From assembly GCA_043228905.1 (NCBI GenBank), contig JBHGNT010000003.1:25110001-25174000 (forward strand): a stretch of 64,000 nucleotides of DNA, written 5' to 3'. A program made the position numbers and the translations under genes. The notes beneath the pieces are model-generated. The model was not told the DNA's origin. It saw only the letters and a list, made by a program, of their open reading frames with translations, and made no database searches. Shown one piece after another: positions 26,941 to 40,100 of the stretch. The stretch comes from Azolla caroliniana (lineage: Eukaryota; Plantae; Polypodiophyta). Positions within the stretch are counted from its first letter, which is position 1. Every line of letters starts with the position of its first letter.

Positions 26941-27370
26941 CTCAATCTCTTGGTGGTGCTACCACACTCCTCCTGCTCTCGATCATCCCAATGATCCCGC
27001 TCAATCACTCCTCAAATCATCCATCTTTACTTGAGCAATCCTCTTAACCCGATCGCCTCATCATCCCCACCTCACCCATGCGCCATCATCTCCATCTGAA
27101 TGCATCATCATCTGCATTATCATCTTCCTCCCGTTTCTGTAGTGTAAAACTTCAATCATCTTCAATCTCCTAGTGGTGGTACCCGAATTCTCTTACTTGA
27201 TCGTCCCAATGATCCGGCTCGATCACTCCTCAAATCATCCATCTTTACTTGAGCAATCCCCGTTTACCCGATCGCCTCGTCATCCCCACTTGACCCATGC
27301 GCCATCATCTCAATCTAAATGCGTCGTCATCTCTCTTCCCATTTCTGTAGTGTAAAAATTTGATCATTTT
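26941..27370. repeat. Diverged ~220-bp tandem duplication upstream of TRAF1
   Basis: Two copies share cactcctcaaatcatccatctttacttgagcaatcc and both end in tttctgtagtgtaaaa. Confidence 0.85.
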
Positions 27371-27374
27371 GTGA

Positions 27375-30120
27375 CCCTACCGCAAAAACTAGTACAAAGT
27401 GAAGTGTCTAAATCAGAGCACGATGAGTGAAATGAACATAAGTTACTCCCTGTCAAGTAAATGTTGTGGAATAATAAGTTACAAATGTATGACAAAACAT
27501 TTCATGTTTATTTGTTTAGCTTTAAGGGATATTTGAAAGTACACAATAAATTAATAATCATATTGGATAACATATTAAAAAATCGAACAAATAGGTTAAA
27601 TTTTGACGTGGGGGTAGTTAGAAATACAAATTAAATGATTAGTCAATAATATGTGTTGCAAAGGTTTTAAAAAATGGCATTAGAGGGATGAAAAGTCATT
27701 TAGAGCAAGAAAAAGTGTTAAAATTTTGAACGTGTTTTGCATCGTTCACGTATCATGGTTGGACACTTGCAATGGTTACTCAATGATCATCCTATATACA
27801 ATATGGCAAAGGTAATCATGAAGATGTTGATTCCCAATGTTAATTTTTCCGATCATACAATATTGCTAGCAAGAACTTCAAAGAAATGTTATGGCCACAT
27901 TTAAAGAATAATTTTTTGCAACCCATATTCTAAATTGAGAAAATCATGAGCAATGAAGTACGCACCAACCACGATCTAATGTTGAAGTACACTTACTCCA
28001 CACAAGTTTTTATATCTCTTTTCATTGGATGCAATCCATAAACCTTTGTATTACTAGGTACATCGTTAAAACATGCATAAGGCTTCATGCAATTTATATG
28101 GAAGGAATTGATACCAAATCAATGATGCAATTAGGTGGTGTCATGAGAACTTTTGCAATCGTGATGTTTAACCCATAGATTTATGGCTTCTTTGGTTAAC
28201 ATTGGTTGGGCATTGGAATAAATAATGTTTATACACACACAAAGCCCATTGGGTCCTTATAAATTGTACATGAGCCCTATGTCATGGGTTCTAACATTAG
28301 GGTCAATATAATACAAACTCAAAAAATGCATTTGTCTATACGGGCATGTGTAAAGGACAGAGAGAATTTACTATTGCCTATAGAGGTTAATGATTGGTAT
28401 TATAAAAATAAGATATTATTATATGATAATAAACTATAAATCATTTATATAAGTAAGTATAAATCTACCTTGGTGATATAGTGAGTAAGATAAATGAAGC
28501 ATCCACTCCATTCGATGGAATGCATCTCTTGTTCGTTTATTACAAGACTGAAGTGGACTTTGGTGCACACATCATTGAGGGCGTGTGGTGAGTAGTTGAG
28601 CTTTATATCTCAATAGTATGCACTAGTTGAGAGGTTTAACTGATTTTGTCACATGATTAGGTATACATGTATATCCCTTGAAAAGCAACATATTGTATTG
28701 TTATTTTAAATGATTACACATTGTCTCCTATGAGTGCTTGTATTCAATAGTTTACTTTATTCTACTTATATATTTTGTGTGTTATGAACTTGTGGACATT
28801 TCAACACATGTGTTTATTGATGCTAATATTTCAACACAAATTTGCAATTCAATAAATTGTTAATAATATTTGGACGTCATTTTTAGTAATTGAATGACAT
28901 ATTGCAATTGATAATTGGCAATAGTATACAGTGAAGGCTTGAATATGACTTATTTGATAGTATACTTCTCATGGTCGCTTCATAACTCCTTGAAGCCCAT
29001 TATTGAATTATCATCTTAAGTTCATTCAAATTTCAAACTAGCACTTTTTTATTATTGTTTTCAATATTGATTTAAGTGTGCATGGTGCAAAAAAAATCTT
29101 CATAGTTCTTCGTGATTGTTCATAGAACTTGTGGCCATGCCACAACAATTCAATGTTTTATGGATTGATTGCACAACAAACGTTCGATGTCAATAATTAT
29201 GGATAATTACTTATTTGGATGCATCAATTTCATGATTCGATAGGTGATATGAAGACCAAGCTTATGCTTTAGTATCAATGGAAGTACAAAAAGAGATTAT
29301 AACAAGTTTCAACACCCATAATATAAGTCAATAAATGATTAATTCGTCACTGTCACAATATAGTAGGTATACCATACTTAAATCACAAATCATTGATAAT
29401 GTGGAGAGAAAATGGTATCGTAGATACGATGGTCCAATCTACCCATCAACAATTCTACATGGTGGCATACAACAATCCAAATAAATCCATGTCCCAAATA
29501 CATTGATTGGTTTTTATACTAATAGCTTGAAATTATACATTCATTAGGGGACAATGTTGGTGCATATTTTGGCCAACTTCTTGAAATCTTGATAAAATAT
29601 CCCACAATAAATTCATTATAACAATTTGTATGGAAGTGTCATTCCACACATCATTTGCATGATATAAGCAAGGACTTGACCTTGAGAAGATGTGGTCGTA
29701 TATCCATATATGAGTGTAGTGCATATTTGCATGATGTAAGCGAGTGACTATATAATGTGAAGTGAGTGTAAATATGTAAATGTTTTTATTGTTACTCGTA
29801 CACGTGTGCAACTGTATATAGGTTGGTGTAAAAGTGTATGTTAAGTGCATGAATGTGTGAATAAGTATTTATATTAGAAACGCAGGAGTTTGTGATCTCG
29901 TATGAGTTATCTTTGGTGTATGTATATTTTTATGTGTATAGGATTGAGTGCACATTTGTATAATGTGTATTTGTGCTAGTGCATGCATGGGGGGGGGGGG
30001 GGGGGTGTAAAGAGGGTACTTTGGAAATGTAAATTACCCCCCCCCTTTAGTTCCATTGCATAGGCTCAAGAACGGGGAAATGAACTTTAGTGTGAAGGAG
30101 GGGGGGGGGGGGGGGTAGTG
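27375..30120 (+). mobile_element. Possible highly decayed CACTA-like transposon remnant
   Basis: Only scattered peptide hints (VGHLQWLLNDHP, KAHWVL, FKCAW) and CACTA-like ends (ccctaccgcaaaaa at 27375, gtagtg at 30115-30120). No intact ORF. Confidence 0.25.
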
Positions 30121-30899
30121 AGAAACCTAGGCTTGGGGTTGAGCCAATGATTGCCCTCTTCTTCTTTGGCACATGTTACTCATCAATGAGCAACATGTAT
30201 TGTCTTACCCCCACCCCACCGTCTTCTATTCTTCATCATGCCACATGGTTTCGGCCTTAGCTAGTGCCAAATGTGAACATGAATGAAATGACTAGGCTGT
30301 TGAAAGGGCCCTTGGACAATGGAGTGTCCTTAGTTCGAAATAGAGGCCTAAGGATTATTTGAATTCTCTTGGACTAGGGAAAATTGAGGTCCCTAGGAAC
30401 GAACAAAGGGCCCAAGATTATTTCTTATTTGGTACAACTTTCCATTTTTGGGATTTTTTATTTATTTATACAAACGTTGCCCAACAAAATGGCATTAGAT
30501 TACATAATCGTTGAATTCTGGTTGTTACTTGTTCATACATTACATGGTCAATATGAAATATTCACAGGCAATGTTGATGTCATTTATAGGAAGCAAATGC
30601 ATTTTAAAAGGATATTGACCTCTATGCTCATTTTTAGGGAAGATGGAGATCACATAAATTGGATGTATACTGTTCCCGTGATATTGGGAAACAATGTCTA
30701 CTAACTTTGTTTATGGACATTCAGTTGTTACAGATTTTGGGTGTTATATGCTCAATTGCAGTTTGGGAGGAGTAGACGATAAAAATATTGGAGATATGGT
30801 GTACAAATATGTGTTGTTCTTGCATATACACATGAAATTGACTACGAGGAATGGCGTTGGAAAGTTGTTGCTACTACTGACTATGCTCAACAAATCGGC

Positions 30900-31250
30900 T
30901 ATGATGATAGTACAAGGGAATCAGTCAAAAACTTAAAACAGGGGAAATCTAAGAGAAAAGAAGAGAATGTCAAAAGAACATTTCAATGTTGTGTCACTTC
31001 TCAAAGCTTGTGCTTGGTGGAAGGATCTTTGTGAGGGTTCTAGAATACATGCATATATTGTGAGAAAAAGGGTTGCTGGAAAAAGCTCATATGTAGCAAC
31101 TATTTTGATCAGCATGTATGTTAAATGTGGTGCTCCTTTGAAAGCACAAAAACTACTTGGAAAGTTGTCAAGCTGAAATGTTATATTGTGGAATGGAATG
31201 ATAACTACAGGTGTACAACGATTCCGATGTCCAAAGTATTATTTCAGCCA
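30900..31250 (+). pseudogene. PLS-class pentatricopeptide repeat (PPR) gene fragment
   Basis: VSLLKACAWWKDLCEGSRIHAYIV...YVATILISMYVKCGAPLKAQKLLGKLSS*NVILWNGMI is an L-S-P motif succession interrupted by an in-frame stop. No further repeats follow. Confidence 0.8.
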
Positions 31251-31559
31251 TCTCTCATCGGCATGGAGGCTGCAAATATCCATGAATCGAAAAATGTTTT
31301 TAGGTCCCTTTCTCCTCATGAATGGATGGATGAATTTATGGTTAGCATTACTTTGTTTTGGTGGGGTTCTTCGAAACAACCATCAACTTTTGTATTGCTT
31401 ATGATTTTATAATACCAGGGTGTATCTTTTGTTATAAAAAAAAAATGGCATTAGATTTTTCCAAAACTGGAGGTGTGGGTTTGAATCCTACCAGTCATCA
31501 ATTTTTGTTAGTACCATAAATTTCATTTTGATGCACATTTATGAGTAGGAAATTTGATC

Positions 31560-32690
31560 ACAAATCTTACCTCCCAAAAAATTAACACAATAGTATGTGT
31601 AGTTTTGCCTTGAACTTTGATTTTGTGTCGAATATTTTGTAGCAATCCTTGATCAATCTCAAATTCATAAAGGATACGGTTATAACCCTTTCATCAAAGA
31701 GTACGCATTTTCTAGTAGATGTACGTGAATATAAAGTTTAGATACAAATCTTACCTCCCAAAAAATTAACACAATAGTATGTGTAAATCACTCTAAAGTT
31801 TAGATACAAATCTTACCTCCCAAAAAATTAACACAATAGTATGTGTAAATCACTCTAAAGTTTAGATACAAATCTTACCTCCCAAAAAATTAACACAATA
31901 GTATGTGTAGTTTTGCCTTGAACTTTGATTTTGTGTCGAATATTTTGTAGCAATCCTTGATCAATCTCAAATTCATAAAGGATACGGTTATAACCCTTTC
32001 ATCAAAGAGTACGCATTTTCTAGTAGATGTACGTGAATATAAAGTTTAGATACAAATCTTACCTCCCAAAAAATTAACACAATAGTATGTGTAAATCACT
32101 CTAAAGTTTAGATACAAATCTTACCTCCCAAAAAATTAACACAATAGTATGTGTAAATCACTCTAAAGTTTAGATACAAATCTTACCTCCCAAAAAATTA
32201 ACACAATAGTATGTGTAGTTTTGCCTTGAACTTTGATTTTGTGTCGAATATTTTGTAGCAATCCTTGATCAATCTCAAATTCATAAAGGATACGGTTATA
32301 ACCCTTTCATCAAAGAGTACGCATTTTCTAGTAGATGTACGTGAATATATTATCCATGGCTTAGAATAAATCTCAAAAGAGACCGAAATCAATATACAAA
32401 CAAGGGTTTTCACAGTGATCAACCCTATTACATAGGGTGCGAGAGACTAACATGTGTAGTTTTTCGCCTTGAACTCTAATATTCGTGCCGAAATTTGCGT
32501 AGCGACCTCCATCAATCTCGAATCATAAAGGATACCATTATAAACCTTTAATAAAAAATTACATAAATTCTAATAGATGTAGGTGAATATATTTTCCATG
32601 ACTCGGAATAAACCTCAAAAGAGACCACAATGAATATATAAACAAGGGTGTTTACAATGATCAACCTATTACATAGGGTGCGAGAGACCA
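31560..32690. repeat. Higher-order tandem array B-A-A-B-A-A-B (A=62 bp, B~184 bp, 308-bp period) plus one diverged B-like copy
   Basis: A units start at 31741, 31803, 32049 and 32111; B units at ~31560, 31865 and 32173. All share the head caaatcttacctcccaaaaaattaacacaatagtatgtgta. The diverged copy is at ~32450-32690. Confidence 0.92.
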
Positions 32691-33096
32691 ATCCTTTAGT
32701 TAGAATAACAATCCTTGACCAATGATATATCACTTTAATTGTTGTAATCCTCTTATGCATTTCCTTAATGGTTTATTTCAACAAAGCATGGGCACTTGAA
32801 TCCAAAAAATAATTATTCCTCATATTGTGAAATGCTCTCAAGAATAGCCCCCTTTTCATTATGTCTCAAGTTACATTTTATAGACTCTCTCTTAGCGTGG
32901 AGGGTGTTCTCCCGCTCCAATTAGCTCTACTAATTATGGGGCTTGGTGGGGGCCTAGTTTGGGTGTGGTGCATGAGGCTTGGTAGGGGCCTAATTTGGGT
33001 GTGGTCTATGTGTGGTGCATGGGGCTTGGTAGGGGCCTAATCTAGGTGAGGTCCATGTGACCACCACAATTCCCCCTTGTAAAAAAAAAAAAGAAG

Positions 33097-36000
33097 TTAC
33101 TGTGCAGTCGAAGCGCGACGAGGCGTGGACGACGGTTCCAGACGGGGGGATGACACGGGCGTGGGCGTAGGCATGAGTGTGGGCGGGGGCGGTGGTAGTT
33201 GATGGAAGGGCTTTATGCGAGACTGGTGAGCAAAGGTAGAGCGGTTGTTGGAGGCGCGGCGGAGCAGGTATGTAGTATCGCGTATCTGCTTTTGAACTTC
33301 GAAGGGACCAATCCATCGGTGCATGAGCGATTCGCTGAGACCTCGACGACGGATGGGGAAGTAGACGAGGACTTTGTCACCGATGTGGTATTGATGGTCG
33401 ACACGGCCTATATCGTGTTGTCGTTTTTGGCGTAGTTGTGCTTGGTGCAGGTTGCTCGTGATGGCTTTGCGGAGGAGGGGCTGGAGTTGTTGTAGGTGGG
33501 ACCACCAAGACACTGCGTCAGCGTGGAGTTGTGTGGTTGGTTGCGGGACTGCCACTTCTGGGGGTAAGCGCGGGTCCCTTCCGTAAAGGGCCCGAAATGG
33601 GCTAATGCGGGTAGAGGCTTGCACAGTTGTGTTGTAGGCATGCGTAACGAAGGGCAAGATTCGGTCCCAGGTTGAGTGCAGCGGATTGATGTAGGCTGAG
33701 ATTTATTGTTTTAAGGTTCGATTGAGGCGCTCCGTCAACCCATTCGTTTGCGGATGGTAGGGTGACGTGAATAACTGTTGGATTCCTAGTTGTGTTGAAA
33801 CGAGGCGTAGGAGCTCACCGTTGAACTGGGGTCCTCGATCGGACAAGATTTGGAGTGGGCAACCGTGGGGGAAGATGATTTTCTCCAATAGTTTGGAGGC
33901 GATGGTCATAGCCTTTGCATCTGGGATAGCGGTTGTCTCAGCCCAACGCGTCAAGTACTCGGTGATGACGAGGATGAATTTGTTCCCTCCTTGTGACTCG
34001 GGAAAGGGGCCCATAATGTCCCATCCGACGATTTCAAATGGAGCTTGAACTTGTATCGGATGTAATAGGCCTTGAGCCACTTGAGGTGATTTGATGGCCT
34101 GACATAAGTTGCATGCTTTGATGTAGGAGGCGACCTCGTGGCGTAGCCCAAGCCAATAGAATTTGCGACGAATTTTGTCGAGCACCTTATGAAAACCCAA
34201 GTGGCCGGACAACGGGTGATCGTGGAAGAAACGAAGGTAAGACTGGCGTAGTTGCTCAGGCACGTAGACTCGGGGTTCTTTGCCTACTTGACAAAAAATA
34301 GGACATTATCCTGGATCATGAATTGCTTGGTGAGGGATGATGTCGGTTCAGCTCGTAGGCGGTGGCAGATATCTTGGATTTGTTTTTCGTGTTGTTGCAT
34401 GTTGGCCATTTGGGACGAGGATATGGGGAAATCGATTGTGTTGGAGGTGATCTGGTTCGCCTGAAAGGATATGCGGGATAATCCATCGGCGACGATGTTT
34501 TGTGGACCATGGCGATAGCGCAGAGTGAATGTGTAATCCTGTAGCGCCAAAACCCAACGAAGTAAGCGGCCGGGTGGATGAGCCTTCTTTATGAGAGAGA
34601 GCAATGGCTGATGGTCTGTTTCGACTGATGTATTTGATCCGTGAAGGTATGGGTGGAAACGATGGAATGCCCAGACGATGGCGAGGAACTCTTTTTCAGT
34701 TGTCGAGTAATTTTGTTCGGCTTTGGTAAGTGACCGACTGATGTAGGCAATCGGGCGGAGTTGGTCGTTGTCGTCGGATTGGAGCAGGACTGCACCAAGG
34801 CCGACATTGGAGGCATCCATCTGCAGATGGAAAGGCTTCGTGAAATCAGGGTGGGCCAGGAGGTCAGAGGCTTGGAGTGTTCTCTTGAGCTGCAGGAAGT
34901 TGGATTCGCAGGCTTCGGTCCACAGGAAGGGTGCGTCTTTTTGTAGGAGCGCGCGTAGTGGGGCTGACAGGTCGGCTAGCTGTGGGATGAAATGAAGAGA
35001 GAACGTGAGGAGGCCGAGGAAGCGTTGAAGCTGCTTGACTGTGGTGGGGCGTGGGAATTTTTGGACTGCTTCTGTCTTCTGCGGGTCCATTTGTATTCCG
35101 TCGGAGGAGATGACGTACCCAAGGAAGCGGAGGCACGTACTACCCCATCGACACTTCTTCCATTGCAGCTGCAATCGATAGCGTTGAACACAAGTTAGGA
35201 CCTCCCGAAGGACTTGAAGGTGTTCTGCCCAAGTGCTTGTATGTACCAGAATATCGTCTAGATAGACGATGACGACACGGCGGGTGATGAGATCATCGAA
35301 GATGGCATTAGCCATTCGCTGGAATGTGCTCCCCGCATCAGATAGGCCAAAGGGCATCCGTGTGAACTGAAAAATGTCTTTCCTAGTGCGGAATGCAATT
35401 TTGTGGGCATCATGAGGATTCATCGGGATCTGCCAATATCCCGAGGCTAGATCGAGGGAGGTGAAGTACTTTGATTTGCCAAGCTGGTCGAGGAGGTCAT
35501 CGATACGAGGGAGAGGGTATCGGTCATGGGTGGTGACATGGTTTAGTTGTCGGAAGTCGACACAAAAGCGGTAAGAACCATCCCCTTTCTTTACCATGTG
35601 TGGCTCCGAGATCCACTTGCTCTTGGAAGGTGTGATAATCCCTTGTTGGAGCATAGTTTTGACGGCGTTGTCAATGCGCTCGTGGTCGAGAGGCGAGCGA
35701 CGTCGGGGAGCTGCGTTGATGGGGTGGGCATTGCCTGTAGGAATCGTGTGGTGAATCGGAAAACGGACCGAGGGAGGTTTTACAGGTGGTGTAGACAACG
35801 AGGGAAAGGTGGCGAGGAGCCGTCTGATGTCGTTGATGCGCTCCACCGGTGATATCAGGTACTGTGTGTTGCTGATGTGGGTGGTATCCCGCGGAGTAGT
35901 GAAGAGCGCGATCGGAATGTGATTCGGGAGGATGAGCTGTTGTGCGGAGAAATCGAGACAGGCTCGACTATGGAGGAACCAATCACATCCCAAGGTGATT

Positions 36001-36380
36001 GGGAACAACTGGCGCGGGAGGACGTAGAAACGATGGTGGATCTGGGCGGAACTAATGGTGAGCATGCACCTGACTTGCGTATGTGAGTGGTACACCCGTT
36101 GTTGGTCGCCGAAGAGGATTTTAATGGGCGGTGCGTGGCTCGTGGGAAGTTGTAATTGGGTGACTAAATCTGCGCTGATGGAAGAGATGTTGCTGTCGGA
36201 GTCGAGGAGAACTTCTTGGGTCCTGTGCTGGAGGCGGGCGATTGTGGTACAAACGGGCGAAGTTGATGAAGTGGAGGCGTGGACGTGCAGGGGCAGCTCG
36301 ATCGTGGGAGAAACGGGAGAAGTTGAGGACGTGGAGACGTGGACGTGTGGGGGCGGCTCTCCCTGCGGCACCCCGCGCAT
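33097..36380 (-). pseudogene. pol: Gypsy pol (PR-RT-RNaseH-IN), disabled
   Basis: PR LLDSDSNIS (the DSG glycine is changed), RT FCVDFRQLN and YLDD, RH DASNVGLGAVL and NYSTTEKE, IN HHCC, SDRGPQF, GLTERLNRTLK and GPF. Frameshift near 34284 and stop at 33703. No chromodomain or env after the integrase. Confidence 0.95.
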
Positions 36381-37172
36381 TAGTTTTCCGGGAGCTCAGA
36401 GAGGGAGGCAACGTCAGCTAATTGGACGTTCTGCTTATGTTGGTGATTCTGCCACTTTCGGCAGTGACGCCGAATGTGGCCATAGTTGTTGCAGTAGAAA
36501 CATTTGGGGCGTCCCTGGTTGTCTCGTTCGGGCAATGCACGCTTGGCACGTAATTGCGCGTTCTAGATGTCGATGTCCATGGGAGTGACGGCTGGTATAG
36601 TGTTTGTATGATCATGACTGAGATTACCTGGTGTGTGCATGTCGTGCGCGTCTGCAGCTTCGATGCGTTGGGCAGTGAGGATGGCTTCGTGTAGTGTCGT
36701 TGGGCCTTGATCGCGTACACGGCGGCGGAGGTCATGTCGTATACGCGGCCAGAAAAAAAACAACTTCATGTCCTCCGACATGTTGGCGTCAGCCCGGCGT
36801 AGGATCTGCACAAAACGAACCGCGAACTAGGTGATGGGTTCGCGTGGTTGTTGGGTAATTGACTCAAGTTGTTGTAGGGCCGTCTGGCGGGAGTCTTGAT
36901 GAGCAAAATTCCGAATCATGGTTGCCCGTAACAGATCCCAGTCGTTGCGTGTCTCTTCGGGTTGTTGTACAAGCCATGTTGCCGCGATATTCTCGAGGAG
37001 TGTCTTCATCTCCATTGCCTTCCGAGGGTGTGGCCACTGGTGGTAACTGGCCACCATTTCGAAATGATCCAACCAAGAGAGGACGTCTTCCGATGGTAGG
37101 CCGGAGAACGATTTTGGGCGAACTCGAGAGTCCGGGAGATTTTGTTGTGGCTCGGATCGTGTTGAAAGAAAG

Positions 37173-40100
37173 TGTTAGGAATTGACACTTTCAAAACCTT
37201 CACCTCTCGACCACAACCGAGGAAACACGAATCAATGCAGCAGAAAAACGAAAACACAGAGAGAGACTCGAATGCACAGGGTTTAGCGTGGAAAACCCTA
37301 GACGGGAAAAAACCACGGGAGTGCAAGACTCCAACTATCACTATACGCAGAGAATGTACAATGGCGAGCTGCAAGGCGACGACCTTGAGCTCGCTGTCCT
37401 CGCCACAGGCGGCGGTATTACACAGAGGCGTCGACCTCTTCCTTTCTCTCTCTCTCACTCTCTCTCTCTCACTCTCTCTCTCTGCTGCTCTCACTTCACT
37501 CCCTCTAAGTGGAAAACAGAAAAAATGAGTAACAACTACAAAACTGTTTGCCTTAAGTCATATTTATACACATATGACTTTCGGGCTATTTACAAATATA
37601 GCCTCAAGGGCCCTTGGCAAACATATTCACAAATATGTCCCCGCATCCGGATCTCTCTCCGGGTACATTCGTCATCCGGCTCCGTAGTCGGGGTCTTCAT
37701 CATCCGGATCTGGAACCGGGTCTTCATCATCCGGCTCCGATACCGGGTACTCCTCATTCGGGTCTTCATTCCCGATTCCCGGACATCCGACCATCCCATC
37801 CGGAGGGACCGTAATCCCAACAAACTCCCCCTTCACTTCGGCATGGGATGTCTTTCCAGTGATATCTTCGCTGGATGTGCTTCGTCCGGGAGTGATAGGC
37901 CGCGTTCTTCGCAAGGTGGATGGCACTCTGACTGTCGCAGTAGAGTCGGTACTCCTCCTGCCGGATACCGAGCTCTCTAATGAAGTCCTTCATCCATATT
38001 ATTTCCTTGCCGGCTTCAACAACCGCCATGTACTCCGCCTCCGTGGTTGACAACGCAACCGTCTTCTGCAGCCTCGACTGCCACGAAACAGCTCCCCCTG
38101 CATACGTCATCACATACCCTGATGTGGACCGGCTGGTATCTGCATCAGCCGACATATCCGAATCGGTAAAGCCGTCGAGTTCGGGCTTACCGGAGCCGAA
38201 TCGGAGGCACACGTTTGCCGTGCCCTTCAGGTATCGGAGTATCCACTTGGCCGCGTTCCAGTGCTCTTTGTCGGGATTGCTCATGTACCGGCTCACCACT
38301 CCGACTGCATATCCTATGTCCGGTCTTGTACACACCATTGCGTACATCAAGCTTCCGACGGCAGAGGCATATGGTACTTTCATCATGTCCTCCTTCTCAG
38401 CCTTTGTCTTGGGGCTTTGCTTGCTGGACAACTTGCAGTTTGCCGGGAGGGTTGACCCGACCGGTCTTGCTTCCGACATGTTGAACCGGTGAAGCACCTT
38501 TGTCACGTACTTCTCCTGTGACAGCCACAACTGCTTCTTCTTCCGGTCTCGGATGATGTGCATCCCTAGTATTTGCCTCGCCGGACCCAGGTCCTTCATT
38601 GAGAAGGTTCGGTGAAGCGCTTTCTTCAGCATCCGTATCTTGACCTGGTCCCGTCCGACGATCAACATGTCGTCCACGTACAGGAGGAGTATTAGAAAGT
38701 CTCCTCCTTCGAACTTCTTCACAAACACGCAGTGATCGGACTGCGTTTTGTGGTACCCTTCGTCGGTCATGAAAGAGTCGAACTTCCGGTACCATTGCCG
38801 GGGAGCCTGCTTCAGTCCGTAAAGGCTCTTCTTCAACCGGCATACCAGGTGCTCCTTCCCTTTCTTCTCGAATCCTTCCGGTTGCTGCATGTAGATCTCT
38901 TCTTCTAGGTCACCGTGAAGGAATGTCGTCTTCACGTCCATATGTTCTACCTCGAGGTCCATGCTTGCCGCTATGCTCAGCACCGTCCAGATGGAGGTCA
39001 TCTTCACTACCAGGGCAAATATCTCGTCGAAGTCGACGCCCTTCTTCTGCTGAAACCCCTTCACCACGATCCTGGCTTTGTATCTCGGAGGGTTTCCGGC
39101 ATCTCCCGATTTCAGCTTGAACACCCACTTGTTTCGAAGTGCCCGCTTTCCTTTCGACAACTCCACAAGTTCATATGTGTGGTTCTCATGCAGGGAATCC
39201 ATCTCCTCCTGCATGGCACTTAACCACCTGCGGCTATGGGTGTCAAGCTTTGCTTCTTCAAAACTCTCCGGCTCCCCTTCGTCGGTTTGCAGCACGTGCT
39301 CTGGTTCCGGAAATCTCTGGGGGGCCCTTCTCTCTCTTAGAGGATATCTCCGTTCCGGAGCTTCGGTAACCGGCTCCTCCGTTTCCTCTTCATCCGAATC
39401 CATTTCGGGATCGGGGCCGGTTCCGGTATCAGTTTCATCTTCCTCGGCCGGTTCTGTTTCTTCACCGTCTTCGGCCGGATCCTCGAGTGCTAACCGGTCC
39501 CTTGCCGGTCGGGACTGCTCCTCGTAGAGTTGATCCTCACTGGTCGACTTAGAGCTCTTCATCTTCTTCTCCGACTCCCAGTCGGCGAGTGTCTTGTCCT
39601 CCATGAAGATGATATCACGACTCCGGAATATCTTTTTGTCGATCGAGTCCCATACACGGTAGCCGAACTCGTCATCGCCGTAACCGAGGAATATGCATGG
39701 CCGGGTCTTTGGATCTAGCTTTCCTCTCCGGTCCTTTGCCACATGCACATATGCGAGACACCCGAACACCTTCAGATGCCGGTAGGATACTTCCCTACCG
39801 GTCCACACTCTCTGCGGCGTGTCTCCGTCCAAAGGTACTGAGGGTGATCTGTTTATCACGTATGTCGCCGTCGACATTGCCTCAGCCCAAAGCCCCTTGG
39901 GTAATTTCGCATGCGCCAGCATACTCCGGACCCTCTCCATTATGGTCCGGTTCATCCTCTCGGCCAGCCCGTTCAGTTTCGGCGTCTTCGGCACAGTAAA
40001 CTCGAGCCGGATTCCCTTCGAGCGACAATACTCCTCGAACTGCCCCCGGTATTCCCCTCCGTTATCCGCTCGTATTGCTTTCAGCTTCTTGCCGGATTCC

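Noticed and set aside
29989-30120. Poly-G and poly-C runs as a G-quadruplex or hairpin element
   Set aside because: They are simple homopolymers with no supporting context, and their lengths are unreliable in assemblies.
31560-32350. Repeat-spacer-like layout suggesting a CRISPR array
   Set aside because: The context is eukaryotic, there are no cas genes, and the intervening sequences are just two recurring units rather than unique spacers.
33069-33200. Possible chromodomain or env gene after the gypsy integrase
   Set aside because: Only a short Pro-rich tail precedes the stop and PPT; there is no room and no motif.
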